This document shows positions 38,447-51,723 of a stretch of 64,000 nt of DNA, piece by piece; the stretch's first letter is position 1, and every line of letters begins with the position of its first letter. Below the pieces are notes generated by a model. That model ran no database searches and was not told the DNA's origin. It worked only from the letters and a program-made list of their open reading frames with translations. The position numbers were made by a program, and so were the translations under genes. The stretch is from Octopus sinensis (Eukaryota), in contig NC_043022.1 of NCBI RefSeq assembly GCF_006345805.1, positions 10,230,001 to 10,294,000 on the forward strand, read 5' to 3'.

Positions 38447-39075
38447 TGTTACACTGGCATATACACTTAAATGTATTGTTTAGAAAAAAAAAGATCCATT
38501 TAAGCCTATAAGTTTTGCTTTTGTCGTTTTAATTGCTATTGAAGATTTTGAGTAGGAGGGGAACAATGAGGAGTTTTTACAGCATTTTGACTTTGGGAAA
38601 AAAAAAATATTTTCCACAAATTACAAAAACTATATCCGTTAAGCAAATGGCCTTCTTTAAATGCAATTATAACTTTATAACATGATCTGATCACTATTTC
38701 AGAAAATCCTCACCGTTCTCTTTGAGCATATAAAAGACAGATTTAGCTTGGGGAAAATGAGTAAGCAAAGATTAAGATAAATTTGCCCCTTAAATTCTCC
38801 AGAATCATGTTTAAAAACACATCAATATCCTTCCCTAGACATCAGAAAGATCAGAAATACAAAAATAAAAAAAAATTAAAGTCCAGGTCAATTGAAAGCG
38901 AGTCAGGGGCAGGGTTGCCATTCATCAAATAATAAAACACCCAGATTATTTGCTGCAAAAAATCCAGATTGTATCTTATAAACTCAGATGTTAGAAAATA
39001 GGTATATAATTGGTAATTTACTGATTAAATATATTTTGTGACAAAATGAATACAGAATTTAATACTCACTGGTAG

Positions 39076-41120
39076 TTAATTGTCAATTTCGTAGATATCC
39101 ACAACATCTTCATTCATTCCTCCCTTTTTGAAGTTCAGTCTACTCGTATATCTTCGGTGACAAGACCCATCCATTACAACTTTTATAAGTTTAGCGTTCG
39201 GCTCCCAAGAAATGTATGACATTCTCTTTCTTGTAATTGCCTGTTTAGCAAGAAGACAATCAGTGATCGTTTCGGCCTTCAACATTTTAGGGAACTTTGT
39301 CTTTGTACAATTTACTTGGGGAAAATATGCGCTCCATGCACACTGATGAATGAGGTAGTACCGTTAAATTAGTTATGAATTGTGACAGCCTCTTAAGTTT
39401 AGAGTGGTCAAGCCCGTCTTTAAGATTGCGTATGGAATACCAGAATTCAGGGATGCTTTTTGAGGAAGCAGGAATATCTTTGTATTGCCGAAATATTCTC
39501 CACTCATCGTTTAGTTCATCAGGTGTGTTTTCTGGTGCAATTACTGGAAAGTTTGATGCCAAGGGAATTATTGACGGAGAAGAGTTAGTGAGATCGCGCG
39601 CTACTTTCGGATCAAGTATTTCTAAGAGGGCAAACACTCCAGCTTCATCGAGAGGAAAGCGCATTTTTATTTGAGAGCAAAATTCTATTAAACATTTTTT
39701 GCAATCAGTTTTGAATCTAGCTGAGTCACCAACGATGGGGTTTTGTTCTAGATATCTCATTGCGCCTCCACCGTGGTAAATATCACTTATATCTTTGTGA
39801 TTTGTTGTTATTAAGATCAATATCTGATAATTTAGATACAGCTAAAACACCCTCTTTTATAAAGCAATTAAGGATACTTTTATATTCACTGGATACGAGT
39901 GTATGCAACAGATGCAGTCGAAAGTGTTCCGATTGAAACTCGACATTAAGAGCATTTACTTTTTTTAATATATAATGTAAGAAGAGCAGAATGTGCTTCA
40001 TCCCTTTGTTAATCATTGATTCATAGATCCTTTTTGCTCTGTCCACTTTTTCTACTTTAGCCTCAGACTGAAAATAAAGTACAAGGGTATCCCACTGTTC
40101 TATTATAACGTTAATTACATTTTCACTAGTTTGTGAAAGCTTTGAAATCTTGTTTTCTTTTGTGCCAGCAACACTTTGTATCATATTGAAGTCATTTTGA
40201 TGTTTGCTACTTCGAGAAAAGTAAGAAGTTAAGCCCTTTAAAAAGGACTCGAGATACGAAGGTGACACCTTCACTGCATGATTTGAACAAAGTGCAGACG
40301 AATGGCAAACACAGCCTATTGTAAATACAGTCGGAATATCGTTTCTCAATAACTTTTGAAACCCGCTCTCGTTACCCATCAAAGTTGAGTAATTATCGCT
40401 GGCAAATCCAAGTATGTTGCTCATAGATACATCTTCTTTTGTAAGCGTAGACTTGACAGCATCGTACAAACTCTGAGACGAACAATTTTCTACTACAATT
40501 GCATCCAGAAGAGTATCCTTGATATTAAGCGGTTGTTCATTAAAAAAAAGCGAACAACTAATGCTAAGATTTGTGATACTGAGATTTCCGTACTCTCATC
40601 TATCAATACTGAAAACTTTTGTTTCTTGAGAATTTCCAAGAGATTTCATTTCGTTCATAATGTGCAATTCCGTCTTGCATAATGTAAGTTAATTTTGCTT
40701 TTTTTTCATTTGTAGATCTTTTAGCTATTTCACTATCGGGAAAGGTCTTTTGACAAATTCCAGCCAAGTGATTTATATGATTGATATGTGATGTTCAGCA
40801 ACAAAACCTGTTTGTAGCAAGTCTGCCTCAGCTACTTTTTCATTTAATGTATCATCTGTTTTTCTAACAATAGGTGAATCTAATTTAATAGCAGATTTCG
40901 CGCAATCAAAAGCTTTCTTGCGTTTGACAGTGTTTTTATGAGCTAACGGCATTAATTTGATTTGTTAGCATTTTTCAACACAACGTTTCGCAAACGCAAT
41001 AACAGGCATCAGGAATGTTATCACCTTGCCGTAACCAATCTTTAAGCTCAGCAACCTCCAACCACGACTTTTTGAAATTTTGGGTGTGCCACTTCCTGTT
41101 TTTGGACACATTATTGTCTA
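39076..41120 (-). pseudogene. Decayed hAT-superfamily transposase
   Basis: N-terminal FKKSWL...WL...CYC..C zinc-finger-like segment, LGFASDN..T.MG (catalytic Asp region), GCVCHS (CxxH) and LPHSS..MERIFS (hAT dimerisation region); multiple frameshifts. CAGGGTTGCCA terminus at 38910-38920. Confidence 0.85.
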
Positions 41121-42886
41121 CCATTACTTCGCAAAGAGTTACAAAACAAAAACACTCACTCAAAATGTTGTTAAGCAAATTTGAAATCGCGAGTAGCAAT
41201 CGAAGCGTCCACTATCAACACAGTCTAGTTGTCAACTGGCGGTGTCAGTTTCAGACAAGTACACCAGCAGTCACCAACGCGTTGTAGCTTGTAGTCGCCC
41301 AGTATGATACAAGTATAAAAAAGTAATGAAAGCGTACGATCGATAATTACGTCACATACAATATTTGTATCGATAAATTCATTACGTGAGATGATTATGG
41401 AGGATATATAGAAAGTTTATCAAGTATTAGAAGAGGGGCAACTTTGGTACATATTACATACAAAGAGTATGACCCCGAATTCTCTTTAAAAGATAAGTCT
41501 GCAGCCAAAACTAACTTTAAAATTTTATGTAAATTTGGAAATTAAAACCCATAAACCCATCATTGCTCCCAAAACCCCCAGATCTGGATGGAAAAACCCA
41601 TCAGTGACTTGCCTGGTGAGGGGAAAATGGCACATGATATGAAATTAATGAAACTCGACTAAATATTTTTTAAATCTACATGTAATATTTTCTATAGCTT
41701 CTTCACGATATTCTGGAGTGACCCCTTTCAGTCTATTTCCGCACCTTGCAATTTAAAAGCAAGAAATTATTGAAATTATTCATTACTGATTTTGCCCCAA
41801 TTTAGACATAAATGTTTGAAAATTGAAAATTATAAAATTAGACGTAAGTGTTGGAAAACATTGACTTGGAATCCAAAAGAGAAAAGAAATTTGGTTGTTA
41901 AACGGCAAAAATTATTCAGATATTTTATTAGTAACTTCAATTACAATAAGGTGAAAGTTGAGGAAAAATTTCTTGAAAAAAAAAATGTACCCAACTTCAA
42001 TAGCAACAAGCATGCTGATCGATTTTCACTCGTAAAGATGATGCAATATTACAAAATGATAATTCGATACTTGCAACGTAATGGTTGCAAGTATTGCATC
42101 ATCAGGCCACGAGAAATCAGAAATTATTCATTTTACCTAAGTTTGTGAATTTGCCTCGACGCCCACTCCACCATCTTATTTCTTATTATATCCTTATTTC
42201 TACTGTGTGTGTGTTTGGAGTGGAGGTTCGGTTGCTGAGTGGCAAAGACCAGGAAATAATGAAATAATGTCAGTCTTTAGTATTGATTAGTTATTGTAAA
42301 TGTACCGATGTGATCAAGCAATATACTTCACTCAGACACATGGATACACGCAGACATAGTGGGACACACAGACACACATACAGACACGTATATTTATTTA
42401 CATATACGCACACACCCACAACAGATAGAGACAGTCACACACACACACACACACACACCACACACACACACACATATATATATGCACATGTACAAGCTTA
42501 GACATACAGATGCGCGCATGCGCTCATACATAGACATGTATACGTGGTCATACAGGTACACACCCAAAACCATAATATGAGGCACACCTACATACACACA
42601 CACATACACACACGCACACACACATGTATATATGTGTATATCTACGTCTATTTCTACTATTAGATCTAATTACCTTTTGGACAATATTTTTTTGTTATAT
42701 ATATATATATATATATGTTTAGGAGTGGCTGTGTGGTAAATAGCTTGCTTACCAACCACATGGCTCCGGGTTCAGTCCCACTGCGTGGCACCTTGGGCAA
42801 GTGTCTTCTAATATAGCCTCGGGCCGACCAAAGCCTTGTGAGAGGATTTGGTAGACAGAAACTGAAAGAAACCCATCGTATATACG

Positions 42887-42926
<40 letters not shown>

Positions 42927-42930
<4 letters not shown>

Positions 42931-43120
42931 ATCCAAACAAGAAAACACAAAAAAACACAACAACGCGAGGACGTGGAACAAATATAGTATTATTGGATGC
43001 TCAGGAAAGAAGGAGGGTTTAACGTTTCGAGCGGAGCTCTTCGTCGGAAACACAGGAGAAGGAAAGATCCCGAGAAGGGAAAACAGAGGGAAAAAATCGC
43101 CAACGGTACACACGAGGTCA
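42927..43120 (-). mobile_element. ~190-bp non-autonomous hammerhead-bearing element (family H)
   Basis: Homologous to about 14350-14560 and 36850-37060; its 3' end abuts (TA)n. Confidence 0.7.
43017..43051 (-). ncRNA. Minimal hammerhead-like motif (U4C core variant)
   Basis: GUUU-CCGACGA-A-GAGC(UCC)GCUC-GAAAC-GUU/AAAC; 4-bp stems I and II. Confidence 0.5.
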
Positions 43121-43801
43121 CACAAACATATACACACACACATGTGTATATGTTTGTGTGTCTGTGTTTGTCCCCCACCCCCCAACATCGCTTGACAACC
43201 AATGCTGGTGTATTTACGTCCCCGTAACTTAGCGGTTCGGCAAAAGATTTGCTCGACTAAAAGCGGTGCTCCAGTATGGCCACAGTCACATGACTGAAAC
43301 AAGTAAAAGAGTAAAAGAGAGTAACGAGTATATTTTCCCAAATATATTACACTTCATATTCTTTTCTACTCTAGGCACAAGGCTCGAAATTTGGGAGGGT
43401 GGGAGCCAGTCGATTAGATCGGCTCCAATCGAAGCTATAAGGGACAGTGTAAGACGAAGGTAGCTGACCTCGGAACGTAAAAGGCCGGAAAAATGTTAAG
43501 CATTTTGTCCGGAACCGTTGCGATTTTGTGTACCTGTATCTGCGACTGTACACGCGCGTGCGCGCACACATACACACACACACGATTCTGTTAGATTGGT
43601 TTATAATCCAACTGGCTGAGTATTCCATAGACCTGGGTGTCTTTTCATTGTGATTTCCAGGCAGAAACATCATAACACAGCATAAGACGAAAGCAGCCGA
43701 CCTCGGCGGAATTTGAACTATGAACGTAAAAGGCCGGAAGAATTGTCACTAAGTATTTCGTCCGGCGCTGTTGGATTCTGCCAGTACTATAATGTAACTG
43801 G

Positions 43802-43946
43802 TTGAGTCATTGGACCGTGGCCATACTGGGGCACCGCCTTGATGAATTTCTACTGGTCTCTTTTGCCGATCCGCTAAGTTACAGGGACGCAAACACACCA
43901 ACGAGAAGTGGTGGACGACAAACACGGACACATAGACAAACACACT

Positions 43947-43978
<32 letters not shown>

Positions 43979-44430
43979 TGTATGTATGTATGTATGTATG
44001 TATGTATGTATTTATGTATGCATGTATGTATGTGTGTATATATGTGTGCATGTATGTATGTATTTATGTATGTATATATGTACGTATGCATGTATGTATT
44101 TATGTTTGCATGTATGTATGTATTTATGTATGTGTATATATATGTGTGCATGTATGTATGTATTTATGTAAATATATATGTGTGCATGTATATATGTATG
44201 TATTTATGTATGTATGTGTGTATATGTGTGCATGTATGTATGAGTGTATATGTGTGTGCATGTATGTATGTGTGTATATATGTGTGCATGTATGTATACA
44301 CACGACTGGCTTCTTTCAGTTTCCGTCTACCAAATCCACTCACAAGGTTTTGGTTGACCCGTGGCTACAGTAAAAGACACTTGCCCGAGGTATCACGCAG
44401 TAGGACTGAACCCTGAACCACGTAGTTGAG
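43802..44430 (-). mobile_element. SINE family B with expanded internal (TATG)n
   Basis: Both halves match family B; microsatellite at about 43948-44300. Confidence 0.75.
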
Positions 44431-45125
44431 AAGCAGGCGTCTAAGTCTTTTGTCGATAGGAAGCTATGGTAAAAAGCATTTTCTACATGCCACACAACAG
44501 GTACATCGATCTAACCACACTCACACAGGGTGACATATACATACACACAAACGGATGCACACACATGCACGCGCACATACACTAATACATAGATACACAC
44601 CCACAACACAACACACACATGCGCGCGCGCACACACACACATACACACACACTTTTCAAGAGGAAGTTATATAAATTGTAGTTATTATATCTGTTGACTG
44701 CAAGCCAACACGGAAGACTCAGTCTGCTAAAAATATTAACCAACTTCCCTTAAATCACGCCTTATCATTCTGAAATAGAAGGACACATTCTACAGAGCAG
44801 TTTTAGCTCTATAAAAAGATTGGAGAATCAAAGCTGAATGTCTCTTTCATCGGAGACCTACTTAATGAGGTCAGACCTAGGACCAGACGACAACACTTTG
44901 CAATTGTTTCCTTTGTGAAGTGGAACAGACTGAGTGCCAAAGCTGTCTTATGATGAAAGATGTTCCACCTGTGATCACTCTTGTCATTTAATAATCTTTT
45001 CTGCTCTAGACACAAGGCCTGAAATTTTGGGAGAGGTGGCCAGTGGATTAGGTCGACCCCAGTACGCAACTGGTACTTAATCTATCGACCCCGAAAGGAT
45101 GAAAGGCAAAGTCGACCTAGCAAAC

Positions 45126-45357
45126 GAGTTCAATGCGCAAACAACGAGAGAAACAAATGGAAAACAGGACAAATAACAAAAAGAGAACGACCTTTCGTCA
45201 GTTGTCGGCTGTCTATCTACTCCGCATTTCGAGTAGTCGGTCAGTGCTCGAAATGTGGAGAAGATAGACAGCCGACAACTGACGAAGGGTAGTTCTTTCT
45301 TTATGTTACTTGTCCTGTTTTCCATTTTGTTTCTCTCGTTGTTTGCGCATTGAACTC
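45126..45357. repeat. Long hairpin (~108-bp arms, 13-nt loop)
   Basis: 45126-45233 is the approximate reverse complement of 45247-45357; related to the single copy at about 36120-36200. Confidence 0.9.
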
Positions 45358-45435
45358 ATATGCTTTCGTATTTCATGTTGTTTACTGTTACTGTTTGGTG
45401 ACGTCCTGTACCCATATATGCATGTGTGTATGTAC

Positions 45436-45515
<80 letters not shown>

Positions 45516-45690
45516 ATAAATATTAGGGAATATATCCAAATTTACAGGAAAAAAAATCAGATTTAGGATTAAATCCAATTTTATAGTAAAATATTATAAA
45601 ATATTATTTGAGACAAAACCACTATTTTGCAAAACAAACAAGGAAAGACTTAATCAATACATAAAATTTAATAAATAGTCAAAAAAACCG

Positions 45691-45733
45691 CCACTACAAT
45701 CGTTTCTTGTCTTGATCGACAATCTTCAGGTGG
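45691..45733 (-). ncRNA. Type I hammerhead ribozyme (left-arm copy)
   Basis: Reverse complement of 47694-47736. Confidence 0.8.
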
Positions 45734-47693
45734 ACTTCCAATCTAAAAAATCAAAATTTTAAAATATAAAAATAATACTTATAAATAATTAAAGTATAAA
45801 TGAAAAAATATAAGTATATAATCCATATATAACCTATATATAATCCATATCGAAAATATAGACTAATTACCACGAATTCCCTAAAAAAAACCATGATAAA
45901 ACAAAACTCTTAAAAACATATAACGATAAAATCTCCCTTTGCTAAACTCTATAACAAACCTATAAAGTAAACCCCCTAACCTAAACATTCACACACAAAT
46001 ACACACACGTAAACCACAGACTCACGACTTATACACATACCTATACTAACTTATAACCTCAATATACACCAAAACCACTCCCTCCCCACACAGACAAATT
46101 AACACATACATCCCAAAACCTAAATAAAAACCCATATACACATTCACACACAAAACACACTCACACGCAAAACACTCACACACAAAAGATACATATACTC
46201 CCTCACATATACGCCTATACATACTCACTAAACTCGACATATACAACAATACTTACACACCCACAAAAAACATTATTTTTTTTACATTAGTTATTTCCAT
46301 GGTAACGTAATTTTGTTTGGTTTTTTAACGGCTAAGAATCTAATTTCACTTCATAATTTGTAACTGAATTGTAAGTATGTATTTGATTTATCCTTATGTC
46401 ATAATGTTATTTTTGATATTCTGGTTAATTACGATGTATTTATTGTTGTTTTCATAAGAGTGTTTATGTATATGAGATTGGTTGTGAGTTTTTAATTGTA
46501 TAATTAATTTATTTATCTGTATGAGTGTGGGTGTAAATATTGTTGTATATATCGAGTTTTAGTGAGTATGTATATGCGTATATGTGAGGGAGCATATGTA
46601 TCTGTTGTGTGTGTGTGTTTTGCGTGTGTGTGTGTTTGTGTGTGAATGTGGATTTGGGTTTGTTATTTAGGATTTGGGATGTATGTGTTAATTTGTCTGT
46701 GTGGGGAGGGAGTGGTTTTTGGTGTATATTGAGGTTTATAAGTTAGTATAGGTTTGTGTATAAGTCTTGGGTCTGTGGTTTACGTGTGGGTTTTTTGTGT
46801 GTGAATATTTAGGTTTAGGGGGATTGCTATATAAGTTTGTTATAGGGTTTAGCAAAGGGAGATTTTATCGTTATATGCTTTTATGAGTTTTGGTTTATCA
46901 TGGTTTTTTTTTAGGTAATTCGTGGTATTTTGTCTATTTTAGGTGTTGGTTATTTTTTTACATTGTTTCATTCATAATTTTTGAGTGGTGTTCGTTTTGC
47001 CACGTGAATAACCGGGTGGTGGACTAGCGTTGCTTGGAATGTGAATGGAATAGTGTAGTAGTGAGGTAGGCATAGAGAATGGGATTGGGTTACTGTAAGT
47101 TGTTTGTTAGAGATGCTAAGGTGAGTTAAAGCTCATAAATGTATATAATGTTTTTTGTGGGTGTGTAAGTATTGTTGTATATGTCGAGTTTAGTGAGTAT
47201 GTATAGGCGTATATGTGAGGGAGTATATGTATCTTTTGTGTGTGAGTGTTTTGCGTGTGAGTGTGTTTGTGTGTGTGAATGTGTATATGGGTTTGTTATT
47301 TAGGTTTTGGGATGTATGTGTTAATTTGTCTGTGTGGGGAGGGAGTGGGTTTTGGTGTATATTGAGGTTTATAAGTTAGTATAGGTATGTGTATAAGTCG
47401 TGAGTCTGTGGTTTACGTGTGTGTATTTGTGTGTGAATGTTTAGGTTAGGGGGTTTACTTTATAGGTTTGTTATAGAGTTTAGCAAAGGGAGATTTTATC
47501 GTTATATGTTTTTAAGAGTTTTGTTTTATCATGGTTTTTTTTTTTAGGGAATTCGTGGTAATTAGTCTATATTTTCGATATGGATTATATATAGGTTATA
47601 TATGGATTATATACTTATATTTTTCATTTATACTTTAATTATTTATAAGTATTATTTTTATATTTTAAAATTTTGATTTTTTAGATTGGAAGT

Positions 47694-47736
47694 CCACCTG
47701 AAGATTGTCGATCAAGACAAGAAACGATTGTAGTGG
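47694..47736 (+). ncRNA. Type I hammerhead ribozyme with canonical core
   Basis: CCAC-CUGAAGA-UUGUC(GAUCAA)GACAA-GAAAC(GAUU)GUA/GUGG; all core nucleotides are canonical and predicted cleavage is after 47732. Confidence 0.8.
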
Positions 47737-47822
47737 CGGTTTTTTTGACTATTTATTAAATTTTATGTATTGATTAAGTCTTTCCTTGTTTGTTTTGCAA
47801 AATAGTGGTTTTGTCTCAAATA

Positions 47823-47873
<51 letters not shown>

Positions 47874-47879
47874 TATATA

Positions 47880-47914
<35 letters not shown>

Positions 47915-47928
47915 TGTCTGTATGTATG

Positions 47929-48018
<90 letters not shown>

Positions 48019-48341
48019 CATATATATATAATTTATATTATCATTTGATTGAACGCCACGCATCCATTTCCAAGTAAGTTTATTGGGCGATCTCCTAGCG
48101 CAAATCAGTCAATATCTTAGTTGAATTATATATATAAGGCTGTAAGCTTTATCAGTTTGCTCAGAGTTGCCTCTCTTAGGTACAGCTCATCCCGAGAGAG
48201 GGCGACACTGAACGAACGGGCTGTTTTCACACTTTTTTACTATAAGAGAGATTTTTTTTCTCCACGGTAATTGAATTGTATTTGTCTTTAGCAGTTGAAA
48301 TATATGACAAAAATATTTTTAACTAACCTAAATTGTGATAA

Positions 48342-48372
<31 letters not shown>

Positions 48373-48654
48373 GTATGAATGTATGTAATGTGTGGGAGTG
48401 TGTGAATGTGATTGCCTATCTATATTAAGCTGCTTTATATATCTCTAAGAGTACTTATATAGATAGAGAGAGTATTTAGATTAAATATAATTGAACACGA
48501 GTGTATTTACTTTATGTACATAAACACACACACACAAATATTTGTATATGCATGCACACAGTCAGATAAAAACATACATAAACTTGTATGTATGTACACA
48601 TATACATACATGTATGTATGTATATACATGCATCGCAAGGGTGGCTACAGGTGC

Positions 48655-49045
48655 TGGCGTGGCTGCGTGGTAAGAAGCGTGCTTCCCAACCACATGGTTC
48701 CGGGCTCAATCCTACTGCGCGGCACCTTGGGCTACTATAGCTTTGGGCTGACTGAGGCCTTGAGTGGATTTAGTGGGCGGAACCTGAAAGAAGCCCGTCC
48801 TACGTACAAATGTGTATGTGTGTGCATGTATCTGTGTATCTATGTATGTATGTCTTCATGTGTGTCTGTGTTGTCTCCCACCATCGCTTGACAACCGGTG
48901 TTGGTGTGTTTACGTCGTCGTAAATTAGTGATTCGGCAAAAGAAACCGATAGAATAAGTACCAGACTTTTAAAAAATAAGTACTGGGCGTCAACACTCAG
49001 TGGTGCTCCAGCATGGCCGCAGTCTAACAACTGAAAGGAGTGACA
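48655..49045 (+). mobile_element. SINE family B, full length
   Basis: Matches 8653-9045. Confidence 0.8.
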
Positions 49046-49143
49046 GATAACAGATAAAAGATACACCTACGCATACATAAATATATGTGTGTGTATGTGT
49101 ATATACATATATATATATATATATATATTATATATAATATATA

Positions 49144-49190
<47 letters not shown>

Positions 49191-49217
49191 TTTATATATA
49201 TATATATATATATATAA

Positions 49218-49303
<86 letters not shown>

Positions 49304-51205
49304 ATATATATATTCTTATATATATATATATATATATATATAATGTGTCTGTGTGTGCTTATATATCTCCCTGAGACCTGTCATGTGTACTGATATCCTG
49401 TTTCAGTATTTTGATACCAGCAACTCCTTATATATATATATATATATATTTTTTTTACACCAATATTTGGCCATATATCTTAGTATCTGACATCAATGCT
49501 TCCCTATGATTCTTTTCCTGTATACCAATATCTCTCATGATCTGTCTGTCTTTAAATCAATAACTCCCTATGTTTCTGAATCACAAATAAAGAAAAAGAA
49601 AAGTTTGAAACTCCATCGCTCACGATGACGAGGGTTCCAGTTGATAAATTCAGTGGAACAGCTTGCTCGTGAAGTTAACGTGCAAGTGGCTAAGTACTCA
49701 ACAGACACATGTACCCATAGCAGATTTCAGGACTGGGTTAGCACTAGGTACCTATCTTTGTTTCTAAACTGAAGGCGGTATTTACATCGGTGGCACAGTG
49801 AAGAAGAGAATAACTATCTTCCTTCGTTTACGAAATAAAGATTCCTAGGTAACATCCAAGATTAAGATACTTTGTCGTAATTGAAACTTAGCATAGATGT
49901 AATATTCAATTACTTTTCACATCTAAGACGAGCATTAATCTGGCTCTCTGTCGGTTACAACAATGGGTGTTCCAGTTGATCCGATCAACAGAACAACCTG
50001 TTCGTGATATTAACGTGCAAGTGGCTGAGTACTCCACAGACATACGTACTCTTAACGGGATTCTCAAGGAGATTCATTGTGACTCAGAATGTGACAAGGC
50101 TGGTCCCTTTGAATTACAGATACAACTTATTTTTACCAGATGAGTGGACTGGAGCAATGCGAAATAAAGCGTCTAGCTCGAGGACACCGCCGTGTATCGA
50201 ACTCACAACCTTAGTATCGAGAGCTGAATACCGTAATCACTAAACAATGCATCTTCACCGAATCATTATAATCTTTAAACCATCATCTCCCACCAGTTTT
50301 TTTTCTTTTACCCATATATCTCCTATATTAATTAACTAAGCTTTTTCTTTAACACCAGCTTCAGACAATGATCAAAGAATTTAGTTTTCTTGTTATTTAA
50401 CAATTCGTCAATATTCAGTCACTTCTTCCCAAACCATTCCGTGATGAAATAATGAAGTAGTGGAACACAATCTATTCAAGTATAAAGAAACGTGTGGCTC
50501 GGTATAAACTCATTTACACAATGGTTTCAAATTTTGGCCCAGGGCCAGCGTTTGTAAGTTGATTACATCGATCTCAGTGTTCAACTGGTACTTATTTTAT
50601 CGATCGCGAAGTGATAAAAGTCAATTTTGACCTTGGTAGGATTTGATCTTTAAAAGCAAAGAATCGAAATATATGCTGCTAAATATTTTCTCCGGTTTGC
50701 TAACGATTTTACCTAGCGATAATTCATTTGCTTTATAATAATTCTTTCTAGATTTGGCACAAGGTCAGTAACTTTGAGGGGAGGGGCAAGTCGATTACAT
50801 CGACTGCAGTGCTCAACTGGTTGTTATTTTGTCTACCCAAAAGGTGAAAGACAAAGGTCTGTTTAAGATAGGTAATCGCTAGCCTTATAGAAAGACAAAG
50901 AGGAAGCGGTTGATAAGTTCCTACATCTTAGTTATAATTAGAAATATGGTCTCCAGCTTTATCATCCAAAAAGGATATTTTCAAAGAGCAGCAGCCCTCT
51001 ACAACAACAAGCTTTGGTATACCCCAGTGAATTGCATAATTTCGGGCTTTGTCTGACTGAGAGACTTCATATCCTAAAACAACTCATGGTATTCCTCAAC
51101 AGGAAGTTCGATATAATTTCTAACTGCCGTTACAGACGAGGTTTTCTCTTGGATCAGTTTAAACAGACTGTCAGAGTAAATGGAGAAGTTAGCCTTCTCG
51201 CCAAT

Positions 51206-51723
51206 GAAAGGCGTAAATGCATAGGAGAAAGGTTAAATTTGGACAAAAAGAGGGAAGGGAGAGTGAAAGCTAAAACAATCACGTGTCCTCTGTGAGTGAA
51301 GATTTAGACACATCTGACTTGAGAGGTGAGTCCTTATTTCTCGTTCATAAGCTTGATTTCCATTACTCTAGGATCGTTGCATTACGAAAATAAGGTGCTA
51401 TAATGTGTTGCGTGTTTCGTTAGCAAACATACATAGCATAAAATATAAACAAAGTCACTATACGCTTTGATTAGCTGCTGACTGAGATTCAGGGGAATTT
51501 TGGCCTACGTAATCCAGTACCACTTTAACAACACTTTACAACAATTTTCGTAACGCGACGTTCCTCAATTAACGGAAACTAAGCTTATAAACGAGAAATA
51601 AGGACTCACCAAGTCATATACGGCTAAAGCTTCACTTACAGAGAACATCTGATTGTTCTCTCTCATTCTTTCTTCTCTTTTTCTGTCCAAATTTAACCTT
51701 TCTAGAGTGCATTTACATCTTTC
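51206..51723. repeat. Old imperfect inverted repeat (~185-bp arms), probable foldback MITE
   Basis: Arms 51206-51391 and 51544-51723, e.g. GGTGAGTCCTTATTTCTCGTT / AACGAGAAATAAGGACTCACC. Confidence 0.7.

Larger units (their letters stand above)
42718..43320 (+). mobile_element. SINE family B interrupted by a family H element
   Basis: The 5' half (42718-42890) and 3' half (about 43140-43320) match 8653-9045; the insert sits in the internal TA tract. Confidence 0.85.
45595..47832. mobile_element. 2.2-kb inverted plus partial-tandem repeat structure with hammerheads (PLE-like)
   Basis: The left arm 45595-46276 is the reverse complement of the right arm 47145-47832; a diverged partial third copy lies at about 46520-46940; (TA)n nearby on both sides. 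Confidence 0.75.

Noticed and set aside
41792-42148. 118-aa K/N-rich ORF
   Set aside because: AT-driven composition and no recognisable domain.
45240-45295. Permuted (type II) hammerhead: CTCGAAA...CTGACGA
   Set aside because: Convincing stems I and III could not be built; the same holds for the homologue near 36150-36200.
45595-47832. Mitochondrial insertion (NUMT), suggested by the G-poor strand
   Set aside because: No mitochondrial gene, tRNA or rRNA is recognisable; the hammerheads and inverted/tandem layout fit a PLE-type element better.
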